64,000 bases of DNA, taken from Dudresnaya verticillata (taxonomy: Eukaryota). The DNA is taken from NCBI GenBank assembly GCA_977862235.1, contig OZ374564.1, positions 1,240,001 to 1,304,000 of the forward strand, written 5' to 3'. A program made the position numbers and the translations under genes. Shown piece after piece: positions 55,482-64,000 of the stretch; within the stretch, counting starts at the first letter, position 1; every line of letters begins with the position of its first letter. The notes under the pieces are model-generated. The model did not search any database, was not told the origin of the DNA, and saw nothing but the letters and a program-made list of their open reading frames with translations.

Positions 55482-55892
55482 ATGTCGTCCGAAGCACCCG
55501 TTTTATCGTTTGATGCTAAAGAATCACTCAAGGAGCTCCAGAGCGTGGTGGAGAGTACTCCCAGCAGAATTTTGAAGTGCGAACAATCCTCCCCTATATC
55601 GATTCGCTTGCTAAGGCCCCTTTTTCCATTAACGCTGAAGCAAATCGGCATCAAGACTGGCATATCTCCGGCAAAACTATCAGGAATCCTCACTCCGAAA
55701 CTAGTGGCCTTGGACGTTTGCCGGTGGCCTGGTCCTAAGCTGCAAATGATAGACAAAAGACGACGTGTTTATCTTAGGCGTCTTGGAAATCCTACTGACC
55801 AACGAGACAGTCAAAACGCAAAGACAAAGCTACGTGCAGTCGAACGGGTTCGAAAGAAACTTTTGAAAACACTTGGCATGAAGCATAAATAG
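55482..55892 (+). CDS. Small divergent RWP-RK domain protein, 136 aa
   Basis: ISIRLLRPLFPLTLKQIGIKTGISPAKL…LDVCRWPGPKL follows the RWP-RK pattern (L..L..YF.LP..EAA..LGV….LK…..G..RWP.RK), followed by a basic helix. Confidence 0.6.
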   Translation: MSSEAPVLSFDAKESLKELQSVVESTPSRILKCEQSSPISIRLLRPLFPLTLKQIGIKTGISPAKLSGILTPKLVALDVCRWPGPKLQMIDKRRRVYLRRLGNPTDQRDSQNAKTKLRAVERVRKKLLKTLGMKHK

Positions 55893-56512
55893 CGCAATCC
55901 AGAAATGCAGATGGAAAAGTAGAATAGTGATCTTATTCTTCTGAAGCGTTACGGCATTGCGTGTACATTCCGGAGGAGAGTACGATATGTTGTACCTACG
56001 CTCCACAAATTACTGTGACTTGTATGACTTTTCTTGTGTCGGCTCCCAACACAATAGGGATGACTTGAAACCAGCTTCATCTTCAAGAGCGGTACATCTC
56101 TCTCTGTACAGATGCTTAACCTCCATTCGCCTCTCACTGCTTCCCAACACAGTCGCTTGAAAAACTTCGACTGTAGACACCTCTATCGCATTACAGCAGC
56201 ATACGACGACGGTGGCGGGCGGACTCTTGACTTCTCCATCGACCGGCGGAGCAGCTTGGCTTGCGGGGACCCCTCGCTTTCCGAAGTCAAGCAACGGAGT
56301 GGGTTGGGTGCGGCCCGTCTTGGGCTAACTGTCCCAGAGATATGCTGATAAACGAAATGTAGTGTCGGGGTAGCCGCTGCGACAATATTCGTCTGCAGTG
56401 CGGCAGGCTCGAGTCCAGGTACCGCCTCAATACTGGCCAAATTCGGCAGGTCAACTGGTTTTCCGAGGAACAGGGCGAACGCCTCTGCCCAGATGGCTAC
56501 TACTTTTGGGGT

Positions 56513-58012
56513 ATGGCGTGTCGCGGAAGGTACTGCGACGACCTAAAGCTGAACTGTGCTCGCGTCGAGTATCTCCCATTGCCCACGTTCTCGCCATGGC
56601 GAAGGTTCACAAGCAACGGAAACCGTGTTGTCCGCTCGCGTTGGTTCACCGACGGCGAATACGGTGGCTATTCGTTCCGCATGGTCGGCCCTGTTGCTGG
56701 GATTGCATGTTCTGGGCGCTATTGCGATGACATGCAGCTTATCACAGTGCAGCGAGATGACGACATCGCTGTCGTGTATGCTAACCATTTTACTCACTGG
56801 TTCACGGATGGAAACCCGTCCAGCGCTTCGTGTCCCAGAGATATGGTTGTCAACGAAATCCAATGTAGGGGAAGATACTGTGACGACATGCGTCTGCAGT
56901 GCGGCCGTTTGGCCAAAGGTTACCGTGTGGACAACAGAGACCGACGCTATGTCAGCTGGTTTTCTGAAGAACAAGGGGAAGGTTTCTGTCCCGACGGTTA
57001 CTACGTCTGGGCTATTCATTGCCGTGGCTCTTATTGCGACGACATTCACCTAACCTGTGTTCGTGTTGATTATGACCCTACAGTCCCAGGCGAGATGGAA
57101 GGCTTCCGCCACTTAATGCCGGATGGGATTTACGGAAGAACGTGGTCGGACGACGGGTCACCGAAGCCGTGGGTTGTTTGGGCTTCCCGCAGCTGGATGG
57201 CCAAGCTTCCAGATGGCACACAGATCAATAGGATATCTATTCCAGGCACGCACGACTCCGCAGCCCGGTTTGGAGGTGTCTTTTGCGAAACGAACTCTTG
57301 GACACTGGAGAAGCAGTTGCAGGCCGGAATTCGTTACTTTGACATTCGTTGTCGAAGAATGGGGACATTCTTCGCCATTCACCATGGGGCTTGCTTCCAG
57401 AATATCATGTTTGGTGATGTCGTGAATCAGGTGGCCGCTTTCATACGCTCGCACCCCCGTGAGACTGTTTTGATGCGAGTGAAACAAGAGCATACACCAG
57501 GGACCGGTAGCCAGTCCTTTAGATATATTTGGAACAGTTACATGAGACGGTACGGCTCTTTGTTTGCGAAAAACATCAACGGCCGAATCCCGACGCTCGG
57601 GGAGCTGCGGGGTCGGATTTTGGTCCTAAGGGATAACGGTGGGATAGATTCAAGCTATGAAATTGCTTTCGACAGCCCAGATACGGATGTTCAGGACTAC
57701 TTTAAGATCAAAGGCCTCATTCGAGCCATAAGCACTTCCTCAGGCTCTATCTCGACAAGTGTGAAGAAAGTGTATATTCGAACATTCTTGCAAAAGGCTA
57801 AAACATCGACAAAACTAGTTATGAACCACCTTTCGGCTGTGGGTGGCGGGGCTAGAATTGTCAGATATACTCCTAAGAGTGTCGCCAAGCAGATGAATTT
57901 GTTTGCTTACTTTCAAATTGGTCGCTACACCGGTAGGGTCGTCACGGGCATCGTGATCATGGACTTCCCTTCTGAAAAACTTGTGTATCGCATCCTTAGG
58001 ACCAACTTCTAG
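56513..58012 (+). CDS. Bacterial-type phosphatidylinositol-specific phospholipase C (PI-PLC X domain) with N-terminal Cys-rich repeats; likely 5'-disrupted
   Basis: WMAKLPD…ISIPGTHDS, QLQAGIRYFDIR, IHHG, HPRETVLMRVKQE, PTLGELRGRI, GIVIMDFP; repeated C(R/S)G(R/S)YCDD. The frame extends upstream through a TAG at 56360-56362. Confidence 0.88.
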   Translation: MACRGRYCDDLKLNCARVEYLPLPTFSPWRRFTSNGNRVVRSRWFTDGEYGGYSFRMVGPVAGIACSGRYCDDMQLITVQRDDDIAVVYANHFTHWFTDGNPSSASCPRDMVVNEIQCRGRYCDDMRLQCGRLAKGYRVDNRDRRYVSWFSEEQGEGFCPDGYYVWAIHCRGSYCDDIHLTCVRVDYDPTVPGEMEGFRHLMPDGIYGRTWSDDGSPKPWVVWASRSWMAKLPDGTQINRISIPGTHDSAARFGGVFCETNSWTLEKQLQAGIRYFDIRCRRMGTFFAIHHGACFQNIMFGDVVNQVAAFIRSHPRETVLMRVKQEHTPGTGSQSFRYIWNSYMRRYGSLFAKNINGRIPTLGELRGRILVLRDNGGIDSSYEIAFDSPDTDVQDYFKIKGLIRAISTSSGSISTSVKKVYIRTFLQKAKTSTKLVMNHLSAVGGGARIVRYTPKSVAKQMNLFAYFQIGRYTGRVVTGIVIMDFPSEKLVYRILRTNF

Positions 58013-61000
58013 ATAGCACAAGACGCAAGAGAGATGGGAACTTTATGGTAGGGTTTAAAGGGTGCTAGGTCGCCCGGTCTACTCAAGGACCTACCTGAAT
58101 GGCAAGACGACGGCGATTGATTGCCAACACAAGAGGTAAGCAATGGCAGGGTCACGTTTCAAAGATCTCGTCTCTGGTAACTCAGTTTACAAACGTTGGA
58201 CTTCCCAGCGGGTCTAGAGTCAAGCCATGCCGTGCTCGTTGGTTCCCCTTCCCTCAGTAGTTCCTTTGCCATTTACATCCCTCGTGTGATCGGCCGGTAA
58301 GTATCAGAAATCCGAGGCACTTGCCCGGCCGAGACCAGTACTGCTCTCACGACCCACCTTGTTGCATGTCTAATAGTTTCAAGAGCAGGCCATTAAGCTC
58401 TTTTCCGCTATTTGCGATAGGTCCAGCATCATCGACCCAACGCTCTTAGAAACCCTAAAGTAAGGTCTCATAGCCACGGCCTTAAAAGCCGAGGTGATAC
58501 ACCTTTTAGAACAGTTCCATGATGCAGACCAGTCACCGAGTCGGGATGTGCGGGAGTGTTGCAAATGTTGACATTTTTGTACACTGCATCTTCTGTGCTA
58601 CGCATATTTTTGTCCTGGTACCTCTGAATAAGAGCGGTAGGTGTATATTTAGGGGACCTTTTTCAAAGCAGATGAAAGAGGCTTTACGAAGCCCTAGGAA
58701 CTAAATCAGCAAACTAAATCAGCAAAAGACAACGCCATGGGGTAGCTAAAGCATGGTATCGAAGGAGATGACTCCCAAAGCGGACGGTTAGGGCATAGGT
58801 TTCAGCAGAGGCTCTGTTGTAACACCTGAGTGGCACAGCTCGATAAGGAGTACTCCCGGAAATGGGAAAGTGGGGCGATCAGACAAATGCAGTCCCAGAA
58901 AGGGAGCCTGTAGGGAAAGAGAAGTACCTGCACTCGGACAGTGCCAGAAGCCGCAATGCTATATACTGTACAGAGCACGGCGACGGTACCTTGTGCATTG
59001 CACCGCACAATTCGACGCTCCTTCGGTCGCCTCCGGCCGCCACGGTGACGGAACCACCGCCGTCCTGCTTTTCCGTTTCTCCTTCTTCTTCTTTATCCGG
59101 AATTTGTTACAGCTGTCGCAATAAACATATGTTTGCATTCAACAGGCAATTTCTCTTAGCCAGACTGAGGAAGAACCAGTCAACCGATCAGTTAGATCAA
59201 GTAAGCAGATCTTATAATGTTGTTTTAAGAGTGGGCATGGCACCAGAAGATCGTCGTTTCAGAAAGGTATCATCTGTCTCCTTCGATGCCCGGAACACGG
59301 AAAAGTGCTGAAAATTCTTAAGGGCGCAGAATCTTCATTCAAGGCACCAGCTCCGTATTGATTGGAAAAAACGTTTCCCCACTTTTATATGCGGTAATGG
59401 CAGGGTGAAATTCGTCTGGTCCATCATTCATTACTTGAAAGCAACAATAATAGATGTAGACGCTAAATTAAGACCCTATCTTTAGGTTATTTATGTTAAG
59501 CAGACGATGCCGATCTTTGAAGAAAGGGTACAAGGGGCCTACCTAGCCCGTTTTTCGGCGACTGACGCTACCTGCATCACATTAGAGAACCAAAGAAGTG
59601 AATTTGGTTTATATGGATAGCTTCTCGAATGTCGGTGAGGTCGCTTTTTGGCAGTAATTAGATCAGCAAGATTTTGTCACAAAGGTACAGGCAACTCAAA
59701 TGCAATTCCGATATGCCATAAATATCCATGGCCATGGGATGAAGATCCACGCTTAAGCGACCACACACGCAGCGATAATGCGGATGTTTCTGATCTTCAC
59801 GGGAAAGAATAGCATTTTCAGAAAGCGAGTGGTTGAGCGGGGAAATTAATGTGGACGGATCACATAGAGATCAAACTCCTGAGGAAGTGTACCGGGATGG
59901 AATTCCTGGTAGGTTCACCTCTGTTTATTCCACTTGGGTTATAGTATTATTTCATGCAGGTTGCGATTTGTGAACAATGTTGTAATACAGCTATATTAGT
60001 TGTTTGACATACAGGATAGTGAAGAGATCTACCATTTAACCAAAACCTACGAGAGAGTGTCCTATAACTTCTCTAAAGATTAGAGCTTACATACCTCTAG
60101 GGTCAGTGTTCTTCTTCTGAAGTTGCTTTAATTTTTTAGTTAGTATTCAACCAAGCCGGTTGAGTAAAGAAGTCCTCTCGGATAGAGACACTGGACAACA
60201 AAAACTATCCGACCAAGTCACAGGAAGGGACGTAAAACGACAATCGTCCACATATAGATCCATTTAAAAATCTTCGCGACTGTCCGGGTACTTTCCAAAG
60301 GAAAGCTGGCCCGCATAGCGTTCATCACGGAAGCGCTCAGAATAGGATCGAGAATCAGCTGAAACGGCGATGTCAGGACCATGTACATTAATGTAATCGA
60401 AGTGATTTCCAGAGTCAATCGAGACACAGGGACGGTGAGTGAGTGGCTGAACTCTAATATAGACCCTTCCAGAAAACAATGATTGGTACGGACAACTAAA
60501 AGCACACTGTGTATGCATTGAAGAAAGTTGAACTTCTTTTTTCGAGCTCAACCATCTGTCCATGGCGGTATAGCCACACCGCATTTCATGACGTTGAGAG
60601 GCCATGTTCATGATCTGGCTGAGAGTCCTATATGCGGGAAAAAGCCATCACGTATGTCGGGGTTATGAAAGAAATCTGTAATGAATAATCTGCAGTTCTG
60701 CGTGAAGGTCTCCACTACTCCCGACGGTTCTGTAGCCTTAAAACTGTTGATGGTGAAAGAACCTTTTTCCATGGGAAATGCGTATGGGCTGTGGGAAAAA
60801 GGTGGCCATTCTTTTCACTTTGTGGTCATCGAACGGTCCTGTTAGGCCCTGGGCGTGTTCGAAATCCTGTGGACCTACTCGGATGTCTTGTCATCAAGGC
60901 AATTGCCAGGACATTCTGTGTACCCAAGGCGCTTTTCTTGATTCATATTCCGGGTTTCAAGTGATCATACATTCTATGACAGTGTTCAGAGCCAACGATG

Positions 61001-61608
61001 AAGTCTGTGATTCTTCAAGGTAGGCTGAAGCGACATTCTACTTTTATTGAACGTCAACATTGCTTTTGCATCGTTATAAGGAAGTAAATCTCCTTCCATT
61101 ACTATGGTTCCATGGCTCAACCGCGATGGACTTCAAGTGGTATCTTTCTTTCACCTTCAAAATTATGTACCCCTGCTGCCGAGTCGTAAAGGCTATTGCA
61201 GAAGGTATGAGTATAGAAGTAGTTTCAATGTTCGCATCTCATGCAATTCAATAATGGTGCCCTCTGCAGTCAAACTCTCGTACGAATTACCATACTCATT
61301 GGTACAGTACGGCAGTTTGCCGTCCTTGGCTATGATACGTAAAGTCTTAACCAAATGTTATCTTTCATTATCGATTATCGATACGCTGCGCTTCCACGAG
61401 GGAGAAAGGTGGCCAGGCGAGAAGGGCGACTTCGCTTCATTATTTACGCACATCTACAAGACGTACTCCTGTTCGTCAGAAACAAACTAGTCAACCAGGA
61501 ATCAGTACTGTACCATAAAAACAACGCCACTTTTGAGTTCGAGAATCCTAGTTGTTGTGCGGCCAAACTCCGAGGCGACCTTCGAAAATGCCCCGATTGC
61601 CTGCCAAA

Positions 61609-62312
61609 CTAGACCTTCTGCTCAATGCCCGTCACATCCATCTCCGCATCTTCCTCAGAGTTGTGGTCCACGGTTTTGACGATCGACTCCTCTTGCTCCT
61701 TTTCGTCGTCGATTTCAACAATGTCAAAGCAGGAGTATGCGTCTGGGAAGATCGCTCCGAATAGCAAAATGGAAAGAGAGATTGAGAAAACCGTAATGCC
61801 CAAGGCTTGATATCCTGTTGGGTACCCAGAGTAATGTCCAAATTTGGAGTCTCCGGCTGAGTTCTTCGCAGATGCCAGATTCGCGAACAACACTATAAGT
61901 AACGGGGGGATGACATGGCGGATCAAGAAGAACCATGCCAATGGAATGTATTTAACCACGGCCGTTAGGTCCCTTCTCAGTCTCAAAGTGTTCCCAAAGA
62001 ACAACTCAATCAAAGCACTCTTCCAAGAAAGGGGACTCTCCTTCTCCTTGCCGTTCACCACACGAGAGACACGCACCATCACCAGCACCATCAGCACAAC
62101 GTAGGAGACCGAGAGGGAAACGAATCCCTTCATCAGGGCGTCCGATTCTGCTCCAAACCAGAACCCGGAAGCCAGGAAAACAGGCGCGTAAGTAGCAAGC
62201 ATGTACCCGAACACCGGCATCCTTCCGAGAATATCTATCTGTCCTTGAATCCCATAGACCCATCCCACCGAGAACGTCTCCAAAATGCCCACAAGCAGCA
62301 TCATGAAGTTAA
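61609..62312 (-). pseudogene. C-terminal part of a sodium:neurotransmitter symporter (SLC6/NSS) gene, interrupted by a transposon
   Basis: NFMMLLVGILETFSVGWVYG…WFFLIRHVIPPLL…YPTGYQALG resemble the last NSS helices; coding similarity stops at TTAA 62309-62312. Confidence 0.75.
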
Positions 62313-64000
62313 CCCATCAACACCCCCTGTGTTCAGGGTTCGCAAATCCGCTCCTCATCCAAAACGGCAGCATGGCGCGGATTAAATGGCAGCGGTGAAC
62401 AGCCCTTCAACACCACGGCCAGAGAGAGGCAATGAAGAGAAATAAGTCACAAAAATTCTGCAATAGACACCTTTACGCCGGCCACCTATGCGTGAACGAC
62501 CCCAGAAACCATCCAAGAATAACATCCCGGACGCCTTACCAGTCTCTTCGGCCCCAGTGTCTCTTGAACCCACGACTATACCCATGGAAGCGAGAGATCC
62601 TCGTGTAGGCGTGACAGACAGAGGCGATGCAGATCTAAAACAAAACTCTGCTAGGGCTGTCGGATCTATTTCTTCTCGAGGAAGAGGAGCAAGCGACGAA
62701 GAGAACTGTATCACGCCCCAGACATGCCCTGCACACAATGTCAGACGTACGCCTGAAAGCATTTCGGGTTTTAGTAGTGGCGCACCAGAACCCGACCCTG
62801 ATGCTACCCCAGCGTTGACCGCGAGTACTAACACAAAAGGTAACGTGGAACGAACGCCAGGTGCTGATGGCTTGGAAATAGAGCACGGTGAGGAGCAATC
62901 AGATGCTGCGACGTTGGATCTGGTGAGAGACGCAGAGGTGGAAGGTGGAAGTGATGGAATATTAGAGGACGAAGATACTGGAAGCGACCAGGAAATTGAG
63001 GCCCTCACCAAGGACGCGGATTACGTGCCGAGTGCGACAATTTTACGAAGACGCACGGCAGCATATGGGGCTGAACGGGTCCCGCAAACACCCAGAGTTG
63101 CTGAAGATGAGACCAATGGATCCTGAAAGAGAAGGTACCGCTTCTATGCAAGACAAAGGAAGAAGTTGAGGTTTGGTGATACTGCATTGCAAAAACGTCG
63201 CAATGCTGCTCTGGAAAGGCTTGAAGAAGAAGACTGGGGCTCCAAGGAGTGCTGCATGCGGAAGCAATGCTTCAAGAGGTTATCGATTGTGTACATGAAA
63301 GCCGAGATTCGCAAACTGTTGCGTATGGACGCCTATGATCGACGCAACCATTTGCACGGGTGGTTGCAACGACTGGGATGGAGTTATTACTTCGACGGTA
63401 AGCCATTATGCTACACGTTCCTGGAGACGGCGTTTGGGTTTTCCTAGGGACCTGCAGTATTCAGTCAAACAGTTTGGTGGAAGTGGGCCTATGGAGGGTG
63501 ACAATGCAGTGCCGAATCAGCCTCCGAGTGAGGGCATGGATAAGATACTAAGTTACCTCAACCGGCTTGCTGACATAACAGCAAGCTGCATGCCCGACGC
63601 AGATGAGAAGCATCTGCCGTACTTTGATAAGGCTGCGGTCTACGAGAACTTCCTTCCGGACCAGGAGAGACTGTATCCTGGAAAAGACCCGCCTAGACTA
63701 AACTACTTCTACCACGTCTGGAAGCAGCACCGCAGTGACATAAAAGCCCGCAAAATCCAACGCTTCACAAAGTGTTCGGAGTGTGAAGAAGTTCGTGCTG
63801 GACTTGCCAGGGCCGGCACAAACCGCAGACTTGCGGAGCCGTTCCTGCTCCGTAGAAAGGAACACTACAAGCTGGTTACAAAGGAGAGGGTGTACCATAG
63901 GGAGAATACGGAAAAAGCTACTTTGTATCCCTCCGAGTACTGTTCACTGATAATTGATGCCGCGGACCAGAAAGCGTTCGGAGTACCAACGTTCGTGGTC
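62313..64000 (+). mobile_element. DNA transposon, left end at TTAA|CCCATCAAC…; runs off the window
   Basis: Sharp junction inside the NSS coding sequence; transposase-like pseudogene starts 175 bp inside. Confidence 0.65.
62488..64000 (+). pseudogene. Decayed transposase-like gene (Sola-like CxxC…H and IID-x-x-DQ motifs)
   Basis: One gene broken by TGA at 63124-63126 and a +1 frameshift near 63445. It continues RDLQYSVK…MPD…HLPY…FYHVWK…RFTKCSECE…H…ER…PSEYCSLIIDAADQKAFGVP. Confidence 0.65.

Noticed and set aside
58100..61500. Genes or a classifiable TE in this stretch
   Set aside because: Only short, stop-ridden ORFs with no motif I can identify; possibly old TE debris, but not supportable.

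Overview
Eukaryotic DNA; the compact, intron-poor genes and the style of the gypsy element suggest a red alga, but this is inference only. Bases 1-46627 are a head-to-tail array of five near-identical 9366-bp units of a Ty3/gypsy LTR retrotransposon with a chromodomain-bearing integrase, and the array continues off the left edge. Adjacent units share one ~332-bp LTR (TGTA...TACA). Each unit has a tRNA(Tyr)-type PBS, gag with a CCHC knuckle, a -1 frameshift signal and pol (PR-RT-RNaseH-IN-chromodomain). It also has a second internal PPT followed by a 177-bp TGTAGG...CCTACA segment, and a ~2.3-kb antisense reading frame of unknown function with its own poly(A) signal and E2F-like sites upstream. 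The two antisense ORFs of the track are one frame split by a single TGA. Gag is intact only in unit 1, and all units have an in-frame TAG just before the protease active site. The array stops 18 bp into its last LTR, next to a structured B-box-containing sequence. The remaining 17 kb holds an FkbM-like methyltransferase gene (one intron), a small Tudor-like ORF, a (CA)59 microsatellite and a probable MULE relic. It also holds a 12-bp minisatellite, a small divergent RWP-RK gene, a Cys-repeat + bacterial-type PI-PLC gene with an upstream nonsense codon, and an SLC6/NSS transporter gene cut at a TTAA site by a decayed DNA transposon.
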